From assembly GCF_035084215.1 (NCBI RefSeq), contig NC_090328.1:35154001-35218000 (forward strand): a stretch of 64,000 nucleotides of DNA, in the 5' to 3' direction. The stretch is from Heptranchias perlo. Taxonomy: Eukaryota. The notes beneath the pieces were generated by a model, which did no database searches, was not told the origin of the DNA, and was given only the letters and a program-made list of their open reading frames with translations. Below, one piece after another: positions 37,901-50,999 of the stretch (positions are counted from its first letter, which is position 1; each line of letters begins with the position of its first letter). The translations under genes and the position numbers were made by a program.

Positions 37901-39501
37901 CCCCCCTCTCCTCGAGGCTTGACCTGTTCTGCATGGCCTCTCTGCATGTTCCCAGTCGTGTTCTATGCCCAGCAGGAGTCCTAGCAGACCACCCATGGTT
38001 GCCAGGAAACTTGTTCAAACATTGTTGTAAATTACGCCAACTGTAAGGCAGTACCTGCCAAACCACTCTCAAATATAGCAACTCTCTATAAGTGTAGGAA
38101 ACTTCAACGAACATGTCCTATTCTACCAGCAGTCAAGAGCAATAATCCAACAACTAAGCTGCAACACCTGCATGCTCCCTTTAAATAGCGCTGCTGGGGG
38201 GAGTCCTCCAGGCACTCCGAGACACGTTCAGGTGTTCGTGGTTAAGACAATGCGTTGAGTGGAGCGTTAAGTGTCAAAATGGTGTCTATCACTTTAAATT
38301 AGCATTGCACACTGATCCAATGCATGCGTGCGCATTCTGGACGCCATTTTGGAACTTCAGGAGGCTGCGTAGCACCTAAACAACGGGCACTACACGGCCC
38401 AATTCTAGCCCATATTGTTGTTCCTTCATTGTCACTGGATCAATATCCTGGAATTCCCCACCTAATGCCATTATTGGAGAACCATCAACACAACCACTGT
38501 GGTGGTTCAAGGAGAAGGCCCACCATCACCTTCTCAGGCAGAAAAAGGATGGGCAATAAATATGGCCTTGTCATCATCGCCCACAATTAGAGAACAAGTT
38601 TTAAGAAAAAAGAGGGAGCTTGGAAGGGAGAGGACGATTGGCATATCTGCTTTGTATTATGAGTTCTGAGATGGTCAGAGATTTGTGGTGCTAATCAGCT
38701 TTGACTTTAGTTGCTACATTTCTTGGAACAGAAAGACAAAACGAGCTGAATGTTTCTTGGATAGGCTTTGTTGTCTGTTTGTCCCAATTGTGGTTCATTG
38801 ACTAATGAACATGGAGCCAAATTAATCTTAAAGATGCTGCATCTGTTTTTTGCAGGAGTGTAGGGATCATCCTTTTCAGCAGCCTCTTGGATATGTTTTC
38901 TGTATAGTTACTCTGTGATATTGGTAACACTAATTTCCCACCATGGTGCGATCCGGAAAACGCAGGACAAACGCAGAAACAATAACAAATGAATCTACAT
39001 TCTCTAAATAATTACAAAGAATAAATGAATCCTCTTTAAATTACCTGTACAATTCAGTATAATGTATTAATACACTTTACATTGGATGAAAAATTTAAAT
39101 AAAAAATGCCATCAAAATTTGGTTACTTCTGTGCCTTTAGATTGGGGCTTTAAGCTCCTAGCCTTTTATGTCTGCTTCTCAGTGATGAAAGTCCCGTTGG
39201 AACGTCTGCCCAAACATCAGAAATATCAGTGGATCTTATAAAGGCCATTATTTTTCATCATGATGCATAATTAATGAGGTTCCTGATCAAAAATAGGAGT
39301 ACAGGCTGGAAGGATATATGTTTCATGTGCGTTTTCAGCAGAGGTAGGTGGAAGTGCTAGTCACCTAATTTCTTGGTTGTTCTTCACCTGAACTCCAGCA
39401 GTGGTGGTGATCCACCGGTCAGAACATCCCTGCTATTAGCTCTTTATATAAAATGTTTTTTTTTAAAAAGTAAACATTGCCTTTCTTCATTGTATTTCTA
39501 G

Positions 39502-39634
39502 TGAAATTAATGCTCGTTTGGATGCAGTCACTGAAATCCTGTCATCAGAGTCCATCGTCCTGGCCAAGACCCAAAACCTGCTGTCTAAGCTCCCTGATCT
39601 GGAAAGAGGCATCTGTAGTATTTATCACAAAAAG
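39502..39634 (+). CDS. MSH3: MSH3 exon (exon 13 equivalent, 133 bp)
   Basis: tttctag/gtacat; [44 protein letters not shown]. Confidence 0.97.
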
Positions 39635-41805
39635 GTACATGTGCACAATGAGTATAAACCAATGTCAGTTCATCCTTTAGAGGAGCTTATCTGGAAATTA
39701 ATTGGGAAGAAACTCGGAAAATAATCTTTATTTGTACATGTGGAAGCACATGCATTCAGCAGTGAGCTGAATAATTCTGTTGGGAGAATTTATGCTTTTG
39801 CAATTTACTGGGATCCAAATTTGGATTAAGCCCTATTTTTGCACGATCACAAGCTACAGGTGACTGTCAAAAGTTTTGGTCTTTTGGGGTTGTAATGCAG
39901 TGCCTTTCAGTATAGTATAAGTGTTCTCACCATTGTGCCATTCCTGGCCGTGAATGAGCTGGTACTGTTAGCACAAGCAAAACAGAAAATGAATAGTTCA
40001 GGTTAGCAGCACTGCCACCTGACACCGTAGATAGACTTGTTAGTGGCAGACATAGATACACAAAATAACAAATCTGTAAAATCTACTCCTTTACTGGAAT
40101 AATAATCTTCAGCAATACATTTAATTAATTTCACATTTTTATGCTACAAAGTAATTTGTGTTGTGCGGCTGCCTTTTATTAGCTCCCTAAGTAGAGTATC
40201 CCAAACCATGAATTGAGGAATAGATGAAACTAGGAGGTATCTTTATTCAGACAAATTTAATCGAAATTAATAAGAGGTGAAATGGTTCATGCTTTATGTA
40301 AAACAGGAATTATGCAAAATAATCCACTTCTCGTTGACCAACTTCAATCCATGATGTAAAACAGTTGGAGTTGGATAATACAAACACTGGTGAAACTATT
40401 TGTTTCCTGAAACCTGCTCTGTGTAGTGCAGCATAAGTGTAACTGTCAACATGACTGTATGCCCATTGATGGGATATTATAAAAATGAATAAAATTGTTG
40501 CTACCTCAATAATGTTTTATCTACTGACTCCCAAGACCCTGATCAGAACCAGAGTTGCCCTTGAAAATCTACAGGAACGCCTGACTACTACACCAGTGTT
40601 AGCAAAGTGTAAGCAGTTCCCCATGCACAATATTAAGTGCAGTCGCCGCCTGCCTGTCTGAGTTTGTGTCTGCAATGGATCCGCAGGCACTCTTCAACTG
40701 TCCAAATACCACTGATCCCATAAAGGATGGTGAGGGGAGTACTATAAAGGCTCATGGAGTCACAAGTGCTGGTACTGTTCATGTGTATACAAACTCCAAA
40801 CCGAAGGGAGGCTTTAGACTATTGCAATTTTTCCCAAACAATCTTCTCTATCACCCCTCCGCCCTCTCTTTCCCTTGTATAGCTTTCTGCAGCTGGTAGG
40901 TGGGCAGCCAATCTGCTCAAAGACTTCCAATTCAGCTGTCACCAGGAGGTGAATGGAAATGGCCTGGTTGACTCATTCTCCAATTATTTTTTTTCCCCCT
41001 TCCCCAGTGGAAAGTTGCACAGCACTTGCTCTGCACTCCCCCAGAAACACGGCTAAGGTCGGCAGCTTGTGGCTAATAACTGCCATAATTCTGCCGCAAG
41101 TCTGTGTCACAATGGTTTAATTAAACTTAAAAAAAAAACACCAATGGGATATTTCCTGTGGTTCCATAGTAACACTAATGGGGTTGAATTCTTGCTATGT
41201 GATATTGGCATATGGGTGTGTTATTAGATTTGTATGAAATTTCTGTGGCAGTTATTTTAGCAGACACATTGGGCTCAATTTTCCCGGGAAATTGCGGATG
41301 TGTTGGGGGTGGGGGGACTCCGAAAATCGGGGAAATCCCGTTCGGGTTCAGAACCCGGCTCCGACCCGCAGACTTCCGGGTTCCCCACTGATGTGTCAGG
41401 GTGCGCGCGCGCCTCCCGAATGCGGAAGTCCCACCGGCAATTAAAGCCGGCGAGATGATACTTTGCACAGTTGTTGAGATAGTTTAAGTAGATGAACTAC
41501 TTAATTTTCTCCACTTTGAGGCAGTGGTGCGATTTTGAAGCATCCACAGCTTGTTTCCTGTGCTGTGGGAAACACTCCCTGTTGCAACAGACGTGTTTCA
41601 GCCAGCAGGCAGTGAGACATTCAAATGCATATTTGACAGATGGGGAGAAAAGGTCACTTATTGCAGCAGGGCACTCAGTTCTTTCAGATAAAGTTTTGGT
41701 TCCAAGATCTTTGTTTTCACTGAAAATTCTTACTTTTCACTTAAAATTCTTTTGTTCAAACATATTTAACTACTTTGCGGACCCCCTCAAACTCACACAG
41801 TCAGG

Positions 41806-42959
41806 ATGGGGGGCGCCATGGCTGCAGTCACCACTACATCCGAGGTCGAGTAACCTCGCCAGGCATAGCGCCCACCTCCACCACTTGGATCTCCACAACA
41901 CAGTACTGCACCACAGGCACCTGCACAAGAACACAGAGGGAACAACAGAGAGAGTGACGTTGCAGGTGGCACTACCTTTGCCACGGGGTCTACAGACCAA
42001 GGCTCAACTTCCAGGACCTCTCTGAGGAGCAGTGTATACGGAGGCTCAGAGTCAATTGCCAGGTAGTCGCAGACATCTGCAGCCTCTTTCGTGCCGAGCT
42101 GCTCCCGGCTAGGCCAAGCAGCATCTCCTTACCTGTCACTATCAAAGTCACCACTGCCCTCAACTTCTTTGCCTCCGGTTCATTCCAGGGTGCCACCAGG
42201 GACGTCACCGGGGTCTCTCAGTTGTCTGCACACAAGTGCATAAGGCAGGTCACCGACGGCTTGTTTTGCAGGGTCTCGCAGTACGTCAACTTCCCCATGG
42301 ATGACCTCAGCCAGACGGAGAGGGCAGTGGGATTCCACTCTGTGGCTGGCTTCCCACGGATGCAGGGTACAATCGATTGCCCCCATACAGCAATACGAGC
42401 ACCTCCACATGAATCAAGACTGTTCATCAACAGGAAGGGGTATCACTCCATCAACACTCAGATCGTTTGTGACCACCGCAAAAGGTTCCTTCACGTTTGC
42501 ACCAGATTCCCTGGCAGCTGCCACGATTCCTTCATCCTCCGGGAATATGCACTGAATACTCGCAAGGGCTGGCTCCTCGGGGACAAGGGATACCCCCTGC
42601 ACATGTGGCTCATGACACCTCTGAGGAACCCCATCACCAAGCAACAGCGTCGATATAACGACAGCCACATCGCTACCAGGTCTACAATTGAGCATGCTAT
42701 AGGGCTGCTCAAGATGCAGTTTGGGTGCCTTGATCGTTCTGGGGGAACGCTTCAATACGCACCAGACAGAGTGGGACGCATTATAGGCGTGTGTTGTGCC
42801 CTGCAAAACATGGCACAACAAAGAGGGGTGCTGCTTGAGGAGGCCCCATCTGCCACCCACATTGAGGAGGAGGAGCAGGAGCAACTCATGGGCAGAGCAG
42901 CGACTCACCTGGCTGCTCGTAAGGCCAGGGAGTCAATGATATGTGAACGGTTCTCCTAA
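41806..42959 (+). pseudogene. Harbinger (HARBI1-like) DDE transposase
   Basis: GTIDCPH, NRKGYHSIN, PGSCHDS, LLGDKGYP, IEHAIGLLK, CCALQN; N-terminal frameshift and apparent internal deletion. Confidence 0.9.
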
Positions 42960-44505
42960 CGGGTGAACGGGTGAGACGTGGGAGCCCTTTGAGTGGCGTC
43001 CCCACTTCCATGTCCCCTTTCGCCATCATCCCTCCCCTGGGCCAGGCCCACATCACTCTTACCACTCTGCTGGACAACAGTTTGGAGGACATGTGTGAAG
43101 CCTTGTAAGGCTAGTGCTAGTGTATCTGTCTGCCTGAGTCCGAACGGCCATTGTCAGGGCCTGAATGGACTCATTTGTGAGCCGTGCTTGAAGCTCAATG
43201 GAGGCTAGCCTTCTCTCCATCGCAGACATTCCCTCCCGTACCTGAGCCACCATTCCACTCATACAGGAGTTGGACTCCTCCATCCTCTGCGCTATTCTGG
43301 AGACTGTGCATGGCACCTGTTCCAGCACCTCGCAAATGTGCTGCTGTCCCTGGATCATTCTCCTTTTAAAGGATGGCCCTCAGAGTTCAGCATCTGCATC
43401 GAGCTGAGCAGAGCCTGGAGAAGAGTGCTCCCACTGACGTGGACTTTCCGCAGCTGCCGCCGCCACCAGTGTCTGCTCATGTGTGTGGTTACTCGCCAGG
43501 TGCCAACCCGCCTAACTGTGGACTAAGACCCACCGAGGTGTGTGTATCTGCGCTGGTGGATGGCTCGCTCAGATGTGACGGTGCACCCTCAGAGGCTGGC
43601 AGGTCCTCTGAGGAATCGCCCTCTGCCGTCACAGTGGTCGCTGAAGGCCCTGTAGTTGAACAGAAGGCAATATTAAGCATGATCACAGATGTGTCATGTT
43701 GCGGTGAGCATACTAAGGTGCTGAAGATGGCAAGGCACGTTAACGTCAATTCACATTGTGTCTACTGAATGTTAGTTATGTCACCAGACGTTTGTCGGGT
43801 GCCAATCTTGGCGTCCCCAACGGACAGGCACTTGAGGGTTCGGCTGAGTTCTAGCGCCTCCTGCTCCATGTCTGTGAGGATGACTATTTGTTGCGGCCCC
43901 CCCCTCCAGTCCTCGCCCTCTCCCGTGCATTCTGAGCTCTCTTCTCCTATAAGGGGAGAAAGTTCAGACGCGTGAGTGAGCGATGGTGACATGGCCAGCC
44001 GATGAATGCATTGGTTTGGGTGCGGCTGACTGAAAGAGATGCATCAGAGGGTGAGTATGAGATGGAGCCATGACATTGTATGAGGATTGGGTTAAGTGGT
44101 GGGCTGACTAATGGGGAGGTGAGTAAGTGCAGGTAAGTTGAGGATGAGCCTTATGTGGGTGTGAGAAGTGATGTGATAGAGTAGTGTTGGCAGTGCAGAA
44201 TGATTTGGGGGGTGGGGGCAGTGATGTGGAAGATGGAATGTAGGAGAATGAGTAAGTGTACTCACTTTGGCTGACCTAGTTAGGTCATTGAAGCGCTTCC
44301 TGCCCTGGATCCAGGTGCGGGAGATGTTGCTGCTGCTGCTGACCTCCTCTGCCACCTCGAGTCAGGCCTTCTTGGTGGCAGAGGCAGGCCACTTCCTCCC
44401 GTCCGCCGGGTAAAACACATCCCTCCGCCTCCTCACCCCATCCAGTAGCACCTGGAGTGAGGCATCATTGAATCTTGGAGCAGCCTTTCCCCTGTGCTGC
44501 TCCAT
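42960..44505 (-). pseudogene. Harbinger Myb/SANT-like gene (exons ~44505-44266, 43946-43785, 43649 onward), disrupted
   Basis: MEQHRGKAAPRFNDASLQVLLDGV...KKA*LEVAEEV...RTWIQGRKRFNDL; GT-AG introns; coiled-coil-like last exon. Confidence 0.8.
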
Positions 44506-45272
44506 TATGATATGTGGGTGTTTGCTCCAGGAGCAGCCATTGGAGGACTGCTCCTTTTTAAATAGAGCTCCTTCACCTGACAGCTGTGATGCGAGTGCGC
44601 AGTCCGCCCGCTGTGCAGCTTTCGGACATCTAACCCGGAAGCCACGTTAATTGACTCGCGATCGTGTGGGAAACGGACATTTTTTATTGGGCAGGTTACC
44701 CACACGCCCAGTCACCTCCCCGCCCCCCCCCCCCCCCAAGCTGCCATCCCGCCTCCACTCTAATATCGGGGCCATTAACTCAGGTTTAACCCAGTTAAAA
44801 TAAGTTTCATTAAAATAGAAGCTAGAGGAATTCTGTATGGATACATTAAGATGCCAATATTGCATAGTGTGATTTCACCCCATGTAAGTTTTGAATGTTC
44901 AAATTCAGCTTTTTAAAAAATGTAATTTTAGTTTAAAACTTAAATATTTTGAGTAGTGTATTAGAAGCCCGATGCGGTGATCGCTAATAGGTATCAGATG
45001 TCACATATTGTCTCTGGCCAGGACACTGGTCTCCCAAATTGCCTTTTCAGAGATCGGCAAAATGAGATGAAAGTCTGAGACAAGTAGATTTGTTTTTCTT
45101 GCTGAGCAGGCTTTTTCTTCGCTAGGCATGAATCTATATGCAGTACAGAATTAAACGGGGCTCTTTTTGATCCTGGCTGCTGATTGAAGGCAGCGGTACA
45201 CCATCCAGGCGAAGCTCTGCAACTAACCCTGAGTTTGTCAAAGTTCCTAACCGATGACTTCCTGTGTTTTAG

Positions 45273-45460
45273 TGCTCCACGTGGGCGTTCTACCAGTTGG
45301 TCCGCACTTTATCCAATTTGGAGGTGAGGTTCCAGGCACTGCTTCCAGCTGCTGAGGCCCAGTTAAATTCATCCCTTCTGCGTAACATTCTGTTGGAGCT
45401 GCCACAGCTGCTGGACCCTGTGGATCACTACTTGAAGATTCTGGATGAAAATGCAGCTAA
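45273..45460 (+). CDS. MSH3: MSH3 exon (exon 14 equivalent, 188 bp)
   Basis: tgttttag/gtacgt; CSTWAFYQLVRTL...LLELPQLLDPVDHYLKILDENAA. Confidence 0.96.
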
Positions 45461-45591
45461 GTACGTTCAGCTGGAAAGATTCCATATGTGTGATTTAGTC
45501 CTTGCAAACGTGTTGCTGAATTAACCCGTTTCTTTGTTGTGAATATTGAGCATGAAGAGAAGTGCAATCTTTTTTTAATATTTTGATTCTT

Positions 45592-46350
45592 TGGGGTAGA
45601 AATTGGACCTCATGACTCCGTTTTCCAGCAGAAAACTGAGGTAAAAGGGACCAATTTTGCAGGGCTGGGTCCCGCGCCTCAGAGATGACTGAAATACGTC
45701 TGACTCCATATTGGGTCGTATGATTCATCGAGCATCCCTGGCGGCTGCCTAAAACAGGCGTTAGTCTCTTACTCCACTGCCCCCCCCCTCATATGTAACA
45801 CCTCTTTTAGGTCCCCTTCCTGAATTTGGGCCTGCCCACTCTGGCTTTTCGTGCAGTGCATGCGGACTAACAAGCAGCCGCCAACAAAAAGTAAGTTTTT
45901 AAAAAAAAATACACTTTCACGTGGAGCCAGGAGGAGCAGAACTGCTCCTTCCGGCTGCACAGCATTCTTGAGGGCCGCTGCCAGCCGCGATTTTTATTTT
46001 TTTATTCGTTCGTGGGATGTGGGCGTCGCTGGCAAGGCCGGCATTTATTGCCCATCCTTAATTGCCCTTTGAGAAGGTGGTAGTGAGCCCCCTTCTTGTT
46101 CCCCTTCCTCTCCTCACCCGCCCCCCCCCTCCCCCCACCCCCCCCCCCCCCCCCAGCCCACCCCTCTCCCGGGACTTAATCTGAGGGCAGATTCCGGAGA
46201 GGCAAATTGGTTCACGGAAAAGCGGTGAGCTACCTCTGGAAGTGCCACAGGCACCGGCAACTCCCCTCAATTACTAAAATGAGGTCCATGCCCAATTTCG
46301 GAGCACCCTCAAGCCTCCCGGTTCTGTGCACACGCCGTCGGTTACGTGCC
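45592..46350. mobile_element. GC-rich non-autonomous Harbinger-like remnant containing a short LINE 3' tail (~45990-46090, minus)
   Basis: Begins GGGGTAGAAATTGG (resembles the Harbinger A end), CpG-rich; internal attcgttcgtgggatgtgggcgtcgctggc LINE end; TSD not resolved. Confidence 0.5.
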
Positions 46351-46639
46351 CTAAAATGAGAGATACAAATTTTTCCCTTTTTTTTCAATGTTCATATGAT
46401 CTAGAGTCTTTGGTAAATATAATGCTGTTTTGACTAGTCTAATTTCAGTAGGATGTACTTTCCTGAGATTGTGAATGAGGCATGTTGTTGAAGCAGAGTG
46501 GATAAAGCTTTGTTCTGCATCTGGCAGTGCTGTATCTGATTGGTAGTGCTTTATCCCAACAGTAGGCCCAAACATTGGAAAGGTGTTCATTTTCCTGGCA
46601 CTGACGGCTACGTACATTGAACACAAAAAAACCCGCCAC

Positions 46640-47040
46640 TGTCTGCATCCTGTCTCTCACTAAGCCCTGGTTATCTGTCAGCTGTCCTCACTAATTTACA
46701 CTGGCTCTCTGCTAACCCAATGAATCGAATTTAAGATCCCCATACGCATTTAAAAATCCCTTCATGGCCTTACTGCATTTTAGCTTTTCAACCTTCTCCA
46801 ACCTTGCATTTCCTCCTGCGCCCTCCGTTCCCTTGTGCAATCCTCTCCCACCTCCCTCCTCTCCACAGAGACTTCAGCCCCCTCGGCCCTATTCCCTGGA
46901 ATTCCCTCCCCAAACCTCTCTACCTCCCACTTTTAAATGTCTCCTCAAAAACCAACTCTCCAACCTTTCAGTCACCTCTTGCAAAAGTTTGGCTCCTTCA
47001 TCTTTATCCTGCTCCATGAAACACGTTGAGATTTTTTTCT
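46640..47040 (+). mobile_element. Old L2 LINE 3' remnant
   Basis: tacactggctc (LHWL)...aatttaagatc...ccttcatggcct...ctggaattccctccc (WNSLP)...ctcctcaaaa. Confidence 0.65.
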
Positions 47041-47843
47041 AGTTTAAAATATGTTGTTTTCCTCTGCCTCTATTGTTCATTTATGAAGATTGAACCTAAA
47101 GGGTGTTTCTCAGTCTGTTGAGGTCTAGGGGTTTGAGGGTTGACATGATCAGGGCAGCTTTGAAGATGGTTTTTACGTAGGCACTCATTCAATGATAGCC
47201 CCTCTATAATTAACTTGCCTGCGGCAATGGTAGCGAGCTCACACCTAGAGAACGTGACTTATGCACAGAGCTGTAAGGGTTAATATAACTTCACTGCCAG
47301 CAATAAAAATCAGAAGTTCTTTAATTTTCTTTTTCACATAATATTTTAGTTTTATTTAGATAAACACGTGTCGTGCCAAGGCTGCCATTTTGAATGTAGG
47401 GTGGAAATTTGCTACTCTTTCTTTTCCTTTCCTCCCCACCCCCACAATCTTTTGATCTGATTATTTTTCCAAAATAACTCTGGCTCAGTTTCCTTAACAA
47501 CATATGGCTAAAAATAGTAGCATTTGGTCTCTAATAACTTTTGAATTGGCAGAGAACCCGCTGGTGAAATCTACGCTACTTTAAAAAAAAATTTCATCAC
47601 AATGGAAATTTAAAATAAGATTAATAATGGTCAGAATAAGTAAAACTTTGTTCATTTTTTAAAAAATCCTTTGAATTTCTTTCTTTGTGACTGAGCCGTG
47701 GTAAAGCTGCTGTAAACTCAATGACATGCAGATTTTTACACAACAGTGAAGTTATTCAGTGTTTGATGCATTTTCCATGTGTTTCACTAGCGTTGAAAAA
47801 AAAATGACTACATTATCATAGCTGTGTCTGATCATCTTTGCAG

Positions 47844-48012
47844 GACAGGCGATAAGACGCAGCTCTTTACGGACCTCACTGACTTCCCTATAATTCAGCA
47901 GCGAAAGCAGGAGATTCAGGATGTGCTTTCCCAACTGCAGGAGCATCGCAGGGAGATCCGATTGATTCTGAAAAAACCGTCTTTCAATTATATTACAGTT
48001 TCGGGGCAAGAG
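47844..48012 (+). CDS. MSH3: MSH3 exon (exon 15 equivalent, 169 bp)
   Basis: ctttgcag/gtaaac; TGDKTQLFTDLTDFPIIQQRKQEIQ...YITVSGQE. Confidence 0.97.
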
Positions 48013-49118
48013 GTAAACTGAGCTCAGCTTAATCAGGGTAAAAGATTCTGCTGATTCTTTTCAATAAATCCACTGTGGATGAAGTTGTGTTTGCTTCCTG
48101 TTGCTATTGTAGTATGCTGTTGTACATTAAATATGAAGAAATGAGGAGCCAAGAACTTCCAATCCACAGTTGACGCTTAATACCCAATGCCCAATTTTAG
48201 ACAAGTAACATAACTTCTGGAAAACGATCCACCATCACCTTTTTGTGGTAACAAGGGACGGCCAATAAATGCAGCCTTGCTAGCATTGCACATATCTGCA
48301 GAACAAAGAAATTTAAAAAAATTTCTGACTGTCATCCTGGTCTGAGTAATCTAGAATGCTCCTTGATCTTTTGTCTCCTGAGGCACGCAGCAAACTCCAT
48401 CAATTACATCTCAGACAACCAAGGTCATCAGGACCTCTAAATGCTATTACAGTAATGTTGTTATGTGTGTTAGTTACTTCATACGATGGTGATAGGTTCT
48501 GATAAAGGTCAGGACGTTTTGCCATGGGAATCTTCTGTCTCCTAGTACTATTTGTTGAGACAGTCAGTGCACAGATGTGCTTACTTTATTGGTCTCTGGT
48601 CTCCACCCAACAGTAATGTGGGAGGGGTTGCGGTAGTTATAAGTACTGATGGGAAAAGAGTTTTTCTGGAATTTGTATGTGGGAATTTATTCTGTTTCTG
48701 TACTTCGCAGAAAATGTTCAGTACAAATATCATGCTTTTCAGCAAACTTCAAAGTTGTAATATTTACCAATTCGAGCTGACTTCAAAATGACAAAATATG
48801 AATAATTCATATTTTATCTGTTCTGCTTTTGTTCCTTTGAACAATGTCCTTTTATAATGGTGTGCAGAGAGCTATTTGCTATCTGAGAAGTAAAAGCGAA
48901 TAAAGCAACAATCTGTTGCATGAACACACAATACATGAATATAGTGACAAAGAATGCACAACTTCCTTAGACAATGTGATAAGTGTTTAAACAATCTACC
49001 CAGCAAGTCTATGGAGGTAAATATATTGGGGTTATTTAAAATACAGATGGATGCCATGATGAGAGTGTTAATGTACCAGAGAGGTGAGCTTTGATGGGCT
49101 GAATATCCTATCCCTATC

Positions 49119-49388
49119 AAAAGCAAAATACTGCGGATGCTGGAAATCTGAAATAAAAACAGAAATTGCTGGAAATATTCAGCAAATCAGGCAGCATCTG
49201 TGGAGAAAGAAACAGCGTTAACATTTCAGGTCAATGACCAGTTCTGGATAAGGGTCATCGATGTGAAACATTAACTCTATGACCCTTCGCCAGAACTGGT
49301 CATTGACCTGAAATGTTAACTCTGTTTCTTTCTCCACAGATGCTGCCTGACTTGCTGAGTATTTCCAGCATTTTCTGTTTTTATTTCA
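49119..49388. mobile_element. Inverted Penelope pLTR remnant (foldback)
   Basis: ~110-bp near-perfect inverted arms plus a 5' extension aaaagcaaaatactgcggatgctggaaatc, same family as 61684. Confidence 0.85.
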
Positions 49389-50999
49389 TCCTTTCCTCAT
49401 CTCTGGCTTTTGTCCTCAAGTTCCAGATTCCAGATAATGTACCAGTTACACTTTAGTGTTGATGTGAAATGATCTTTTGTACTGTATCAGTGCCAAAGGT
49501 ACAGTGTAACACTGCAAATCATCAATTTGATATTGGTAGAGAGAGTATGCAGGGAGCTTTGCTTACCCAGATTTGAGAGTGGTGTAAGCACATAATATAA
49601 TACGTCACTTGCACCACTTCCAGAAATGCTTCAGATACATCGTTGTTTGATACAGTATGACTGGAGCATAAGGGTTTTACAAACTAAATAGAAGTACAGA
49701 AGCTAAGGCTTCGAGACCCTTAGATTGGCAACCTGCAAGCACAGTCCACCGGACTAACTGGGGCATTGCTTCTCAGAGTTATTTGGAGCCATGGGAAGAA
49801 TGCCATCCCACAGTGACCGGTCCGCACCCCACCCCCACCCCCCTGTCTCCTTCTAGATACCATTAGTGAGCCAGGCTGGCTGGTCAATCACCAAATATTC
49901 CCGAGTACTGCAGATCTGCCTAACTCAGATATCTGATTAGAATGCGTAGGGAGTCAACTTTAATCGGAATGGTTCCCAGTTGTGTCTTGCTGGATCCATC
50001 TTGGCCCCAAAGAGACCCGGTTTATTCCCCCCCCCCCACCCCGCCCCACCAAATTGCAAATAAAAGTACTGGATTCACTGGGCAATTCGATTCACAAAAA
50101 CTCATGATATTGTAGCAGTGATGTTGAATTCTTCAGCTTTATGTACTGTTAAAGAATAAATAGAAAATGTTCAGTGGTGTGGTATTTTCAGACCACAGAT
50201 TCATTGCTTCATGAAATCCTATGTTTGGATTCTTGTTGCAGTTGTCAAAGATTTTATAGTTTGAGTGAGACAGAATGGTCTCAGATAAGTTGGATGCCCA
50301 CTAATTTATCCTACAAAGCTACAAGCTGACTGATTTCTATTTGTTACATTAAAAGCAGTGGAAATTGCAAAGCGAAATCCAGCAAGGATTGATAAAAAAG
50401 CATTCTGCAGTACATTCTTTAAAGTATGCAATGCAATCTTCTTTCACAACATTTAATAATAAAAGTTCATATTGTTTGTGACTATGAACATGCTCTTGAG
50501 ATTTAAGAGAAGCTTGCTGCTCACTGGCTTGCTGTTTACATGCTAATTGATTGCACTGACCAGCCAGCAACACAAGAAATTATATTTTGCTTCTGAACTT
50601 GACTGATGTTTGAATGCAGATTTCAAAATCAATATTATGCAGTGTGGATTATTATTATTCATATTGTATAGATGTTTCTATCACAGAATATGTGGCAAAG
50701 AGACCATTTAGTGCTTTCTTTCTCTCCAACTACCAATTTTCTTCCTCCTCCTTGAGGCAGTGATGCCTTGTTGGAACATTGTTTCATGGATGTTGAGCAT
50801 CCTCTGGTACTTTTTCTCAAGTAAGCCTTGACAGTGAGTATTAGCAGGCTATTTGACCATGTCCTCCTGATGTCTGTATATGCACATTTTCCAGTAGGGC
50901 TCTTTGGATAGTGATCTCGAGTGGCAACCCTGACCGATTTTTTAAAAAAATGACACAAAGATTGGTGGCATTGTAAGTAGTGTAGATGAAAACATAATA

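Larger units (their letters stand above)
34785..38411. mobile_element. Harbinger DNA transposon A (convergent Myb/SANT and transposase genes, decayed)
   Basis: Imperfect TIRs GGGGGTTGAATT / AATTCTAGCCC, TSD ATA, two-gene layout. Confidence 0.9.
34380..38600 (+). mobile_element. L2/CR1-group LINE 3' part, split by a Harbinger at 34785-38411
   Basis: The rejoined site ccatcctgacttggacatatattg matches the reverse complement of the uninterrupted copy at ~7637-7660. Confidence 0.85.
41271..44773. mobile_element. Harbinger DNA transposon B (decayed)
   Basis: Ends GGGCTCAATTTT / TAATATCGGGGCC, TSD ATT, convergent transposase and Myb genes. Confidence 0.9.

Noticed and set aside
41271-41450. CpG-island promoter of a host gene
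   Set aside because: It is the GC-rich subterminal region of Harbinger B
42222-42959. Domesticated HARBI1 host gene
   Set aside because: Lies between TIRs with a TSD and a Myb partner, and is frameshifted; a transposon copy
46100-46170. C-rich tracts as functional G-quadruplex elements (also 22264, 32140, 44722)
   Set aside because: Mostly homopolymer expansions in or near repeats; no evidence of function and run lengths are error-prone
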